Positions 7,906 to 19,600 of a stretch of DNA of 64,000 bases are shown here, one piece after another. The stretch's first letter is position 1. Every line of letters begins with the position of its first letter. Position numbers and translations under genes: made by a program. The notes under the pieces are model-generated. The model saw nothing but the letters and a program-made list of their open reading frames with translations. It was not told the origin of the DNA and searched no databases. The stretch comes from an uncultured Actinomycetes bacterium (GTDB lineage: Bacteria; SZUA-79; Acidulodesulfobacterales; Acidulodesulfobacteraceae), in the NCBI GenBank assembly GCA_964631685.1, contig CAZVZU010000006.1, forward strand, positions 1-64,000. The letters are read 5' to 3'.

Positions 7906-8343
7906 ATGGCTAACATTTCTATTTGGGGTCCTATTGATAACATTAGGACTGACTTTGAGCGGCTTTTCTCGGATTTTTTCCCCGCAAGCGTCAGGAAAAT
8001 ATGGGGGTACGAGCGCGGTTTGACCGAGCCGGCCGTTGATGTCATAGAGAAAGAAGATAAGATAGTGGTCAGGGCCGAGCTTCCTGGGGTCTCTAAGGAT
8101 GAGATTAAGGTTGAGGTTCATGATAGCAGGCTTGTATTAAAGGGCAAACATAAGACAGAGAAGGAAGAGTCAAAAGAGGATTTCCATAGGAAGGAAATTG
8201 AGTTTGGTTCTTTTTATAGGAGCATAGGGTTGCCTTCTGATATTGAGACAGCTTCGGCAAAGGCATCCATGAAGGATGGCATCTTGGAGGTTGTTTTAGA
8301 AAAAGCAGCGAAAGCGATGCCTATTAACATAGAAATTAAATAA
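7906..8343 (+). CDS. Hsp20/alpha-crystallin small heat shock protein
   Basis: PAVDVIE, AELPGV, EFGSFYRSIGLP, ASMKDGILEV; ATG at 7906 follows the SD. Confidence 0.95.
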   Translation: MANISIWGPIDNIRTDFERLFSDFFPASVRKIWGYERGLTEPAVDVIEKEDKIVVRAELPGVSKDEIKVEVHDSRLVLKGKHKTEKEESKEDFHRKEIEFGSFYRSIGLPSDIETASAKASMKDGILEVVLEKAAKAMPINIEIK

Positions 8344-8492
8344 GGTTACCTCAATTATTACTGATACTAAGGAGATAATTGAGAGGGCGAGGGGCTCTGA
8401 AGTCGACAGATGTGGTTTTGCAAGTCTTTTTGGCGGCACAGTGTCTCTCGCTTGTTTGTTGGAGTTTACGGATGTAATTTTGGGCATGGCTT

Positions 8493-10046
8493 TTATTTTT
8501 GCATGACTATCCTTATGAAGTCAGTTGTCCCGGGCTCCCCGAGCGGGATGCCGCCACTAAAGATCAAGTGGTCGAATGACGGTTTATCCGCTGGGCTGTC
8601 CGAATTTCCTAAAATGCCATTATCCTTCAAGATCTTAACTATATCACCCAGCTTTATTTCATCACTGATCTGATGTTTATCGTCACGGGATAGTTTTTTG
8701 ACGATATCGTCAAAAACAAGTGGGGCAACGATTGGGCTTACGTTAGAGTTTAGGGCGAGTTTTCTTAGAATGTTATAGCTGGGAACTACTGCTATCACAG
8801 GAGCAATTGGCTTCAGGGAAGATATTAAATTTGCCGTAAACCCGCTTCTCGTTATAGCAATTACTAAGGAATTTTTCATAGAAAAAGATGCCATCGTTGC
8901 CATTTTTGCAATCGTCAGTGAAACATCAATATGACCATTGACATTGTCCGCTTCTTTTGTATTTAAACCCCTTTCGAGATTGGCGAGTTTGTCTTTAAAT
9001 AAGCGACTTTTTTCCGTCGCTACGGCTATTTTATCCATGTAGTAAACCGACAAATCAGGATTATTCCCAATAGCTGTTTCTTCGGAAAGCATGACTGCAT
9101 CCGTGCCATCTAATATCGCGTTTGTAATATCGGTGACCTCAGCCCTCGTAGGCGAGCTTTCTTCTACCATAGATTCAAGCATTTGGGTTGCCGTAATGAC
9201 CGGTTTTTTATACCTATTTGAGACACTTATTATGAGCTTCTGAATTAAAGCAACACCTTCAACCTCTGTCTCAATACCAAGGTCGCCCCTTGCAACCATA
9301 ATTCCATCAGACACACCAGCTATATCCTCTATGTTTTTTACAGCCTCGGATTTTTCTATTTTGGATATCAAAAAAGCATCCGTCTTATGTTTTTCTTTTA
9401 TATAATTCCTGACATATAAAATATCTTCCATCTTCCTAACAAACGAAATGGCAAACATATCAGCATTATGCATAATTCCAAAATCAATTGCTTTTAGATC
9501 ATTTTGCGTAACGGACGGTACATTTAAGGCGATATTGGGAAAATTAACCCCCTTTTCAGCTTGTAAAATCCCACCCTTGATTATTTCGCATAGAAACCTA
9601 TCCTGCACACTTTCAAAATTCAATATTTTAAGCTTTATCCTGCCATCATTTATAAATATTAAGTCATCTTTTTTGACATCGTTTGACAAATTATCATAGT
9701 TTATAACTATACTTCTTTCATCGGATATTTTATTTTTATCGCTTAGGCTTGCCAAAAACACCGTTTGACCACCCCTTAGATAAATTTCTTTATTTACTTG
9801 GCTTGCAGTCCTTATCTTAGGTCCGGGTAAATCTATAATTATCGCGATATCATTTGAAATTCGCCTTATTTTTTTTATAATTCTTTCAAAAAAATCAAAA
9901 TCCCCGTGGGAAAAATTAAGCCTCGCCGCATCCATGCCATTTGCTATTAACTTTTCCAACATATCACTCTCCGCGCTGGAGGGACCTATGGTACAAATAA
10001 TCTTAGTTTTCTTTTGTCTTAAGGTTGGCTTATCGTTTTTATTCAT
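8493..10046 (-). CDS. pyk: Pyruvate kinase
   Basis: KTKIICTIGP, ARLNFSHG, MVARGDLG, TATQMLESM, PTRAEVTD, DAVMLSEETA. Confidence 0.97.
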   Translation of the reverse strand: MNKNDKPTLRQKKTKIICTIGPSSAESDMLEKLIANGMDAARLNFSHGDFDFFERIIKKIRRISNDIAIIIDLPGPKIRTASQVNKEIYLRGGQTVFLASLSDKNKISDERSIVINYDNLSNDVKKDDLIFINDGRIKLKILNFESVQDRFLCEIIKGGILQAEKGVNFPNIALNVPSVTQNDLKAIDFGIMHNADMFAISFVRKMEDILYVRNYIKEKHKTDAFLISKIEKSEAVKNIEDIAGVSDGIMVARGDLGIETEVEGVALIQKLIISVSNRYKKPVITATQMLESMVEESSPTRAEVTDITNAILDGTDAVMLSEETAIGNNPDLSVYYMDKIAVATEKSRLFKDKLANLERGLNTKEADNVNGHIDVSLTIAKMATMASFSMKNSLVIAITRSGFTANLISSLKPIAPVIAVVPSYNILRKLALNSNVSPIVAPLVFDDIVKKLSRDDKHQISDEIKLGDIVKILKDNGILGNSDSPADKPSFDHLIFSGGIPLGEPGTTDFIRIVMQK

Positions 10047-10064
10047 ATTTTTTACAACAATATT

Positions 10065-12755
10065 CTAATTTGCATCTAAAAATTCTTCGGAAAGCCTATC
10101 TTTCAGTCCCGAATTTCGTACCGTTTCCTTTGAACCCATGGCAATGCCTATTGCTTTAAAAGTACCAAAGATAACAATATTTTTCTTGCCTCTTGTTATA
10201 GCCGTATATAATAAATTCTTTTTTAGCATCATATAATGCGTCTGATGAAATAATACAATTACATTGTTAAATTCACTACCCTGGGCCTTGTGGATGGAAA
10301 GTGCATATGCCGTTGATATATTCTCGTAAACATCTAAAAAATTATATTTAACCAATTTTATCGCTTTATTTGTCATTTTTCCTTCTTGCGCAGTCAAATT
10401 TGCACAGGACTCCGCCCCAGTACCGATCTCGTTGCATTTTTTACTTAAATCACTATAATTTGAAAAATCTACGGTCAAATATTTTTCGTTGTGATTGACA
10501 TCAACTATATAACCGGTATCACCGTTAAATACATCTTGGTCATAATTATTTCTCTTCTGTATCACCTTATCATATAACCTAAACTGAATGCCGTTGCAAA
10601 TAAAGATATTTTCGACAGACGCTGATAAATGCAATGGCGATATCGGGTTAAATATATCTTGTAATATATTATTTAAATTGAAGTATCCCAAATCTCCCCT
10701 TCTCATAGGCGTCAAAACCTGAATATCGTCAAAAAGCATTGTCGGAATAGACATGTTTGCGCTTTTAAGGCCGACATCTCTCTTATTAATCCTATTCTCC
10801 ACAACCCTTTTAATGAACCGGGTGAAATCTATCAATAGTTCATGTTTTCCCCCGACGGCAATATCATATTCTTTCCTATACTTAATTGTAAAAGAATCGT
10901 CCTTTTCGGCAGTAGAAATATTTTTCTCCTTGCAGTCTTTTCTTAGGGTAACAAATTTTTTATTGTTTAAAATGTTATGGGCATTTAAATTTATCAAACC
11001 ACCCTCATTTTGCCTAAACACCTTAGTCAAAAATGTTGAGGGAAAAAACGGTTTAGTTTTATCTTGGCCATCCATATTGCCAGCTCCCGCATATATTAAA
11101 TCCCTTAAAACATCACCAGGGCTAACCGCCGGTATTTGATTCACATCACCCACAAAAACAATATTTGCATCGTCTTTTATAGCCTTTAATAACTTGTAAA
11201 AAATAATTATGTCGATCATGCTCATTTCATCTATGACGATAAGGTCGTGTGGCAACCTGTTTCTTTCGTTATAGGTAAAATATGATTCGCCGGTCTGCCT
11301 ATCGTACTGCGCTTTTAAGAGTCTGTGAATGGTTGAAATATTTAACCGCCCCATCTTCTCCTGCGAATGATCGTTGCGTGAAGATAAAGTCTGTCCGGAA
11401 TTAACAATATCCGCAAGCCTCTGCGCCGCCTTTCCTGCCAAAGATGTTAACGCAATTTTTTCTCCACTATATAAATGTACTATGGTTTTTATTATGGTAG
11501 ATTTTCCCGTTCCGGGCCCGCCGGATATTATAGAAATCTTATATTTCAACGCATTTAAAACGGCTGTTTTCTGTTCATTCGTAAGTGATACGTGATTATT
11601 GCCAAGTTCAAGAAATTTATCCAAATCGTCTAAGGATTCAATTTTATCAGATGCCGGGCTTGCCGATTCTCTAATTCTTTTTAGCTCCTTTGCCGCTCCA
11701 AGTTCGCAGTGATAATAAACAGGCATGTATATTCTAGCACAACCCAATCGCTTGCCCTCTTTAGCCGATGTAAAATCTAAAACTTCTTCACCTTTAAGAT
11801 CGATAGATTTAGACGAAACATATCTATCCCTCACTACTGACAAATAATTATCAGTTCCATAAATACCCTTGAAATCCAGCAACAATTTTCTCTCTTTTAT
11901 TAAATCGTTTAAATATTTTTTTAAATCTGTTTCTTCCAAATCCTCTATTATTTCTCCGATGCCCTTTTTTACATCCTGATAGTAAATATAACAATTTCCC
12001 GAACTCTCACAAATCTGGTTAACGACATACTTTATGGCTTCTTTAATCCTGTTGGGATCATCCTTTTTTATGCCTAACTTTTCCGACATAATATCAGCCT
12101 TTTTAAATCCTATACCCTTTATGTCCGTGAACAAATAAGGATTTTCCTTGGCGATGGTAACCGATTTATCCTTAAATCGGTTATAGATGGCCTTTATCTG
12201 ATAATCACTAAACTGATACGGCTTGAAAAACATTACGGTTTTTCTTAAACCATAGCTCTCCTTAAGCCCCTCTAGAATCACAGCAAGCTTAATCGCTCCT
12301 ATTCCGTTAACATCCTTAAGCTTTTCAGGTTCATCATCTATTACATCTAATGTTTTTTCTTTAAATTTATCATAAATTTCGCGGGCAATAGCCTTCCCTA
12401 TCCCCTTAAAAATACTAGATGACAAATATTCTATTATTGCCGTCTTAGTATTTGATAGCGATACTTCGTATTGAGTAAAATTAAATTGGTAACCATATTT
12501 TTTATGATATGTAAATTCCCCTTTTAATTTTATTTTTGAATCCATCAACGGCTTATCAAAAAATGTACCTGAAGCAGTTATAAACTTATCGTTTGAAAAA
12601 ACGTTTAAAACGGTAAATCCGCTTTCCGCATTTTGAAATATAATTTTTTTTATTATACCGTTTATAGTCTTTGCCTTTTTGGCGTTTCCAAATGCTTCAG
12701 CGACAGATGCTTTAGGTTGTGTATTATCACTCATAACTTTTTTATTGTTGACCAT
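10065..12755 (-). CDS. recD2: RecD2-family (TraA/RecD-like) SF1B helicase
   Basis: N-terminal OB-like and HhH regions (HKKYGYQF, FKGIGKAIA, ENPY, GIGFKKAD), GGPGTGKS, DEMSM, VGDVNQI, HKAQGSEF, YTAITR. Start likely 12755 or 12734. Confidence 0.92.
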   Translation of the reverse strand: MVNNKKVMSDNTQPKASVAEAFGNAKKAKTINGIIKKIIFQNAESGFTVLNVFSNDKFITASGTFFDKPLMDSKIKLKGEFTYHKKYGYQFNFTQYEVSLSNTKTAIIEYLSSSIFKGIGKAIAREIYDKFKEKTLDVIDDEPEKLKDVNGIGAIKLAVILEGLKESYGLRKTVMFFKPYQFSDYQIKAIYNRFKDKSVTIAKENPYLFTDIKGIGFKKADIMSEKLGIKKDDPNRIKEAIKYVVNQICESSGNCYIYYQDVKKGIGEIIEDLEETDLKKYLNDLIKERKLLLDFKGIYGTDNYLSVVRDRYVSSKSIDLKGEEVLDFTSAKEGKRLGCARIYMPVYYHCELGAAKELKRIRESASPASDKIESLDDLDKFLELGNNHVSLTNEQKTAVLNALKYKISIISGGPGTGKSTIIKTIVHLYSGEKIALTSLAGKAAQRLADIVNSGQTLSSRNDHSQEKMGRLNISTIHRLLKAQYDRQTGESYFTYNERNRLPHDLIVIDEMSMIDIIIFYKLLKAIKDDANIVFVGDVNQIPAVSPGDVLRDLIYAGAGNMDGQDKTKPFFPSTFLTKVFRQNEGGLINLNAHNILNNKKFVTLRKDCKEKNISTAEKDDSFTIKYRKEYDIAVGGKHELLIDFTRFIKRVVENRINKRDVGLKSANMSIPTMLFDDIQVLTPMRRGDLGYFNLNNILQDIFNPISPLHLSASVENIFICNGIQFRLYDKVIQKRNNYDQDVFNGDTGYIVDVNHNEKYLTVDFSNYSDLSKKCNEIGTGAESCANLTAQEGKMTNKAIKLVKYNFLDVYENISTAYALSIHKAQGSEFNNVIVLFHQTHYMMLKKNLLYTAITRGKKNIVIFGTFKAIGIAMGSKETVRNSGLKDRLSEEFLDAN

Positions 12756-12811
12756 TTTATACCGTTTGTCAAGGAAATTGGGCAAATAGGCAGATATCAA
12801 CCAGGCCGGTG

Positions 12812-14119
12812 TTACATGTAAAAAATTCTCAGGTACAGACCGAGCAACGTTACAAAAAGGACGGGCATAGTCACTATAAAACCCACCTTCATATAATAAC
12901 CCCAGCTTATCTTTATACCTTTCTTTTCCAATACATTCAGCCATAGTAGTGTCGCAAGCGAACCTATGGGTGTTAATTTAGGACCTAAATCGGATCCAAT
13001 TACATTTGCATAGATGGAAGACTTAAGCATTATACCTTTAAGGTTTGCCGAATGAATCGCAAGGGAATTTATCATCACTGTCGGCATGTTATTCATGATA
13101 GACGATACAAAAGCCGCCAAATATCCAGTGTAGATAGTTAAAGCAAAGACACCGAACCCTGAAAAATATGAAATAGATTTTCCAAGCAAATGTGTTAAGC
13201 CTGCATTTTTTAACCCAAAAACAACCAAATACATTCCAAGAGAAAATATGACTATATTCCAAGGGGCATTTTTAAAGACGAGTCTTAAGCTAACTGCAGA
13301 ACTTTTAAACCCTAAGAAAACGAATAACAAAGCAAAGGTTATGGCGAAAAAAGATACAGGAATATTAAAAAACTCACTCAAAAAATAACCGGCAAGAAGC
13401 AATATTAAAATCAAAAAGGAGAATTTAAAAAGCCTGCCATCCCTTATGGCGTCTTTAGGAGTTTTTAATAAACCAATATCATAACTTTTAGGAATATCTT
13501 TTCTAAAATAAAGATATAAGACAGTTAATGATATTGCTATAGAAAATATATTGGGAAGATACATATTTATAAAATATGTAAAAAAACCTATATTAAAGTA
13601 GTCTGCCGAAACAATATTCACTAAATTTGAAATTTTAAAGGGAAGACTTGCCGCGTCTGCGATAAATCCCCCTGCCATTATAAAGGGTAGCATATTTTTT
13701 CTCTCAAACTTGAGGGCCTTCATCTTTTCATAAACTATCGGCGTTATTATGAGCGCCGCCCCATCATTGGCAAAAAGCGCAGCGACTAAAGCGCCAAGGA
13801 TAATCACATAAACAAATAACTTCCGGCCATTTCCACCCGCAAATCTGGCTATATGCAGAGCAGCCCATTCAAAAAAACCTATCTCGTCAAGTATTATGGA
13901 GATTATAATAATCGCGACAAAAGTAAACGTTGCATCCCAGACTATATCAAAGACCTTTATGATATCGTCAAACGCTATCACGTTAAATATAAAGGCAAGC
14001 AATGCCCCTATAACAGCGCTGTAACCGATACCGATATTGAATGGTTTCTTAACGATAAGAAAAAGTGTAAATACAAATATTGAGATGGCTATAAAAATTG
14101 AATAACCGTAAAGATGCAT
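12812..14119 (-). CDS. arsB: Arsenite/antimonite efflux pump ArsB
   Basis: GFFEWAALH, ANDGAALIITP, SNLVNIVSAD, NNMPTV, DLGPKLTPIGSLATLLW. Confidence 0.95.
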   Translation of the reverse strand: MHLYGYSIFIAISIFVFTLFLIVKKPFNIGIGYSAVIGALLAFIFNVIAFDDIIKVFDIVWDATFTFVAIIIISIILDEIGFFEWAALHIARFAGGNGRKLFVYVIILGALVAALFANDGAALIITPIVYEKMKALKFERKNMLPFIMAGGFIADAASLPFKISNLVNIVSADYFNIGFFTYFINMYLPNIFSIAISLTVLYLYFRKDIPKSYDIGLLKTPKDAIRDGRLFKFSFLILILLLAGYFLSEFFNIPVSFFAITFALLFVFLGFKSSAVSLRLVFKNAPWNIVIFSLGMYLVVFGLKNAGLTHLLGKSISYFSGFGVFALTIYTGYLAAFVSSIMNNMPTVMINSLAIHSANLKGIMLKSSIYANVIGSDLGPKLTPIGSLATLLWLNVLEKKGIKISWGYYMKVGFIVTMPVLFVTLLGLYLRIFYM

Positions 14120-14398
14120 AACGTTAATATAATCCTTTTAATTAATATATGATATGAATTATAATTCATATATTGTTATTTTATTACGATTATTTTGCTA
14201 TGTCAACAATATTACGCCATGTAAGAGTGGGTGTAGCTTTGTGCCAAAAAATACTTTACAATAAATTTAAATTTTGCTACCATCATACTAGGAAATATTT
14301 GACTAAAACTAAGAGGGCTTGGATGCGAAAACGTGTGAAATTAAATCGCAAAATACAAGGTTCATATTACCCTCCCCCCCCCTACACAATCTGAATTT

Positions 14399-16675
14399 AT
14401 GCAAATTATAAAAAATAAACGAATAATAATTATCGGGGTTATTTCTTTAGCTATATGGTTCATAATTGCCATTGCTACGTTCAATATAACATTAAGGCCT
14501 ATCCAAAATTACGTACACAGCAACGCAAAGATAATCGTGGCAATAACAGCCGTCAACGATGATCTGATGGAAATAAGTTACTACGGAAAAGAGATTATCT
14601 TCTACGAAACCTATAAACCCAATGATTACGAGGAATTTACCGAACAATATTTAGATAGCCTATCTGCTCTCACCGATAAAACAGATAGCGATTATAAAAG
14701 ACTTTTCAAACTACTTTCTTCCACATCCTTTTCCAAGAAAATAAGTCAATCTAATTCCCAATATTTTGGCAGATACATTAATAAATCTTACTACCATTGG
14801 AAGTATGTTTCTAAACCGATAATAAAAAGATTCATTAAATATAACGATTTTGTTCCTTTAAAATTATCAAATAAGTTCTTTTTTTCACGCAATATTGATG
14901 CGATGACCCTGCCCGTATCAAAATTCATCAATAAAATTTCATTTCAGCTAGTATACTTAGTTCATTTTTCCACGATTGTCTTTATTTTAGGGATAATATT
15001 AATCATTATATTGGGCATACTGGTTATATACTATGTTAATAAATTTTTTAGCGCGGTTAAGAAAAATGAACGCAGGTTCAAGATGATGTTCAATAACGGC
15101 CCCACCGCATCTCTGATAGTGGATATTAAATCAGGAGATATATATGACGCCAATAAAGCTGCGGAGACGTTTTACGGTTACACAAAGAAAGAGCTATCTG
15201 CCATGAACATTAGCGACATCGCGTTAACCACTGAAAACAAAGGCAATACCGAATATCCGATCACAATAGTTACCAATCGGAAACTTAAAAATAATGACAT
15301 AAAAAGGGTAGAATTAACCGTTTCAAAGATAGAAATAGAAGATAAAGAATATTTTGCAGACTCAATCAGAGATATAACAGACAAGATAATGCAAGAAAAT
15401 TCCTTAAAAGAATCCGCTGATTTCTTCAAGACACTAAGTGAAAACTTGGTCTCGGGTATTGTCCTTTATAATGAAAAATATATCTATATCAACCCTGAGG
15501 GTGAAAGAATTTTAGGATATCCAAAGGAAGATCTTTATCAAAAATACGTTTGGGATATATATCCTGATAAAAATATAAAACAGATTATTAGATCTCAAAT
15601 CGGCCGAAGGCTAAGCGGAGGAATTTTTAATTCAACTTACACTCTCAAGATAATAACAAAACAAAATGAAGAAAGATGGCTTTTAATATCTGCATCTACC
15701 GTTAAGCATAAGAATAAATATACCGCACTTGCAAGTTTTATAGATGTTACCGAGTTGAATAAACTTAAGGAAAGTCTTGAGAAGGATATGGATACTATAA
15801 AAATAATTATGGAGAATATCCCGTCAATAATAGGACTATATAGAAAAAAGATAATTTATATGAACCCGTACGGCTTGCAATTACTAGGTTATTCCGAGAA
15901 AGAGATTTTAAATCTAAGCTCATTAGATGTGGTAGATGTCAGAGAAGAAGAAAGAGAGATCCTCTTAGAAAATATGAGAAAGAAGCTGAACGGGGAATAC
16001 ACTAATGATAAATATGTCCTAAAGATAAAGAAAAAGGATGGCAGTATTTTTTGGGGAGAGTTTTTTACTTCGACAATATTTTTCAAAAATAAGTGGACAG
16101 GGCTGGCCATAGTAACGGACGTGAACGACAGAGTTACAAATGAACTTAAATTATTAAAGGAAAAAGATGTATATAAAGAGCTTGCGGAGCTTGACACCTT
16201 AACAAAAATACCTAACAGAAGGGCATTTAATAAGACATTATCAGACAGCCTGAGCAAGGCGATTCAAAAAAACAGGAATTTTTCCCTGATAATGTTGGAT
16301 ATAGACCGGTTTAAAGAAATTAACGATGCATTCGGCCATCAAGCAGGAGATACGGTTCTTTCGGAACTTACCGATTTAGTCAAAGAAAATATCAGAAATA
16401 ATGATTTTTTTGCAAGGTTTGGCGGAGAAGAGTTCATGATAATAGTTCAAACTCCAAAGCTTAAAAAAGCTGTGGAACTCGCCGAAAAATTAAGATCTAC
16501 TATAGAAATGCACGATTTTACGTTAAAAATTAATGTTACCTGCAGTTTTGGTGTTACATCCAACGAACAAGACGACACAAACGGTAGTATAATATATAGG
16601 GCGGATACCGCACTTTACAAGGCAAAGGAAAACGGCAGAAATAGGGTTGAAGTGTGCGATGGTTCGGCGCACTAA
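14399..16675 (+). CDS. Membrane-anchored PAS-domain diguanylate cyclase
   Basis: Two TM segments around a periplasmic domain, three PAS-like repeats, DTLTKIPNRR, intact GGEEF and an RxxD I-site (RNND). Confidence 0.92.
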   Translation: MQIIKNKRIIIIGVISLAIWFIIAIATFNITLRPIQNYVHSNAKIIVAITAVNDDLMEISYYGKEIIFYETYKPNDYEEFTEQYLDSLSALTDKTDSDYKRLFKLLSSTSFSKKISQSNSQYFGRYINKSYYHWKYVSKPIIKRFIKYNDFVPLKLSNKFFFSRNIDAMTLPVSKFINKISFQLVYLVHFSTIVFILGIILIIILGILVIYYVNKFFSAVKKNERRFKMMFNNGPTASLIVDIKSGDIYDANKAAETFYGYTKKELSAMNISDIALTTENKGNTEYPITIVTNRKLKNNDIKRVELTVSKIEIEDKEYFADSIRDITDKIMQENSLKESADFFKTLSENLVSGIVLYNEKYIYINPEGERILGYPKEDLYQKYVWDIYPDKNIKQIIRSQIGRRLSGGIFNSTYTLKIITKQNEERWLLISASTVKHKNKYTALASFIDVTELNKLKESLEKDMDTIKIIMENIPSIIGLYRKKIIYMNPYGLQLLGYSEKEILNLSSLDVVDVREEEREILLENMRKKLNGEYTNDKYVLKIKKKDGSIFWGEFFTSTIFFKNKWTGLAIVTDVNDRVTNELKLLKEKDVYKELAELDTLTKIPNRRAFNKTLSDSLSKAIQKNRNFSLIMLDIDRFKEINDAFGHQAGDTVLSELTDLVKENIRNNDFFARFGGEEFMIIVQTPKLKKAVELAEKLRSTIEMHDFTLKINVTCSFGVTSNEQDDTNGSIIYRADTALYKAKENGRNRVEVCDGSAH

Positions 16676-16676
16676 A

Positions 16677-19600
16677 TTATTTAACTAGGGATAACTCATC
16701 CTCGTCTATAAAATAATAGTATTTCTTTAATTCAAAAATATTCTCATCTCCAAATGCACCCCTGACTGCATCCGCATAAAAACCGAGTTGACCCAAATCA
16801 TTAACAAAATTTTTCAAGCTACCAGTCTTGTAATCGTAGATGTCGACCCTTATTTTGACATTGTTATTCTTATCCTCGCTTTTCAACCGCGACATCATCG
16901 TTGTTTCTTCTAGTACTATTTTATCAATCCTGCCGTTTATAATATTTCCCGTCAAATAACCGTTAAATTTTATGTCGAAACTTTTTAAATATTGAACCTC
17001 GTTATACCCCTTGTAAATAAAATCGCGTATCTTTAATTTGTTTAAACTTTCAAATAAAATGTCGATTTGTTCCTCAAAATCGACTAGTAATCCTCTTAAT
17101 TCAAGCAAATTATTTAAAGAAATATTTTTTATCATAAATTTTAAACCATCCATTTTTATTATGGATAAAAAATATTCCAGGCATCGTCCGCCGTAAATAT
17201 CCTCGTATATATTTATATCTTTATTCGAACCTAAATTGACATACCGGTTAAACTTGCCTATTACCTCAAGTATTTTATGCACCAACAACCCTCTTATGAC
17301 AGGCTTAGTCCCAATGTCTAATGTTTTTTTGTTTGAATCCTCTAAATATGTGCTCACAACACCTTCTTCCTTAACCGATATGTCAATATGTCTATAATTT
17401 TCTCCATCCCTAAGATCCGATGGATTTTTTATATTAAATTCCCTTTTAAAAATATTTTTGAGATCTAACCGCGTGCCCATTATCTTTCTGTAATTAAAGA
17501 TCAATCTGTTATTATTAAAAGTATCGTGTGTACCTTGACCCCTAATACTTGCATTCTTAATAAAAGAAACGATATTTTCGAACCTATTTTCCGCCTGGCT
17601 ATCTTCACCGGGGCTAAGCGATAGGACCAAATCCATCATTTTATCCGTATTGCCTATTTCGCAGAGAATATCCGACCATGCAATATGACTTGACGAATCG
17701 ATATTTACATCAAAACCGTCATTAATTTTCCGCATATTTTTGTTCTTTTTTTTATCATCTTTGATTTCATCGGTTATGTAACACAAAAATTTTGACCTTG
17801 TTAGGGCAACATACAGGAGCCGTTTAAATTCATTTTCTTCCTTGATTATTTCTTTTTCCCTCTTTCTGCCTAATATATCCGACATTCGTCCATTTTCTGC
17901 ATCATACTCTGTAGCAGAAGACGCACGCAACGGATTATCTATTAGATTGTCATTAAGCAGGATAAACTCTGGCCTTGTCCCCTCAAAAATTATATCAAAT
18001 TTATACTTAACATCGCTATTTTTAGCATTATAAGGATTTAAAGGCGTGCCATATATGAAAACAATATCATTTTCAAGCCCTTTTGCGCCATGAATGGTCA
18101 TTAAACTCACCTTACCCTTATCTTCGGCGCTTCTCGTATCATCCGTAAGCACAACGACTTCGCCTTCTGCCTCCTTATAGCCTGAATTAATCCTTTCCTG
18201 CACATCCCTTAGGAACTCGTAAACAGTAGCTCTTTCATAATTCTGTGCAATTAATAGTAATTTTTTTATATTTGCAATAGCCTGAGCATCTTCCGAATAT
18301 AAAACAACAATATCGAAAATATTATAAATTTTTTTTAAAATAAAAAACGGGCTTAAGCTGTTTATCTTGCCATCTTCATCTAATACTTTTAATTTCCTGA
18401 ATCCCCTTTTTACAAATTTCAAGGTTCCCAATGGCACTTTCTTATTACATCTTGTATCCGACAATGACTTTAAAATCTTACACAAAGAAAGTTCATCTTT
18501 ATCGTTAAAGAAAAATTTAAGGATAGCCATTATTAAATCTATCTCTTTTTTTTCATAAAACCCCTTATCTCCATATATCTTGAACGGTATATCGCTATCA
18601 GCCAACGCATTTTTAAGATTATCCCAACCCTTACCGCGATGCTTTCTCGAAATTATTTTTATGTGAGATGCAAGCAATATATTATTTCTTTTGCCGGTAT
18701 CCAATATACGCCTAATTTCATAAGCTACCGACGACTCCTCGCTATCATTATAATCATAGTTCTCGTATTTTTTATTGTAGTCGTTCCCGTTATTGCTATT
18801 TTTTATATTCCTGCTATTTTTGTACAATTTCAATATTACGGGATGAAAATTAAAAGCATCCGTATCGCGCAAACCCTCGTTTTCGGATAACCCGGACAAC
18901 ACATTTGCGGCACTGCTGTTAAGGCACTTAAAATAAGAGTTAGAAAAGATTATATTCTGAAATTCTATCAATTTTTTTGTAGATCTAAAATTTTCTTCCA
19001 TGGTTACATCTTTAATCTCAAAACCCTCGCTTACCTTGGATTTAAAATATGATGTTGCCTCATTGAATATTTTATAATCTGAACTCCTAAATCCATAAAT
19101 GGACTGATTAGGATCGCCAACAAAAAATATCGTTCCTTTTATTTGTCTTTCTCCGCTCATGCCCATCCCCGACAGTCTTTCGTCCATTATTTTTTTAATA
19201 AGCTCAAATTCAATCCTGTTTGCATCCTGAAATTCGTCTATAATCAGGTGATTAATCTTGTAATTTAATTTTTCCTCTACATATTGAAAATTAGCGGAAT
19301 ATAATAACGATAATGCCTTAAATTCAATCCCGGGAAAATCTATCACATTCCTTGACTTCTTTATACTCTCGTACTCCCTTATGATTTTAAATATTATAAT
19401 CGTGAAGCTTATATAATTTAAAAAGTTTGTCTTTTGATAAAAGCTTACCAATACCGAGTAAAGCATTTTTATTAGTTCCCTTTCGTTATCATTGAGAATT
19501 AATGGAGCTTTCTTTAATTTCATAAAATCATTAATCCGCTTGCATCCATCTTTTATGCTTTTGTAAAAATTCATTAAAAATCTGATATCTTTATGTATAT

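Noticed and set aside
12756..12944. N-terminal extension of recD2 overlapping arsB
   Set aside because: Longest-ORF artefact; plausible starts exist at 12755 and 12734.
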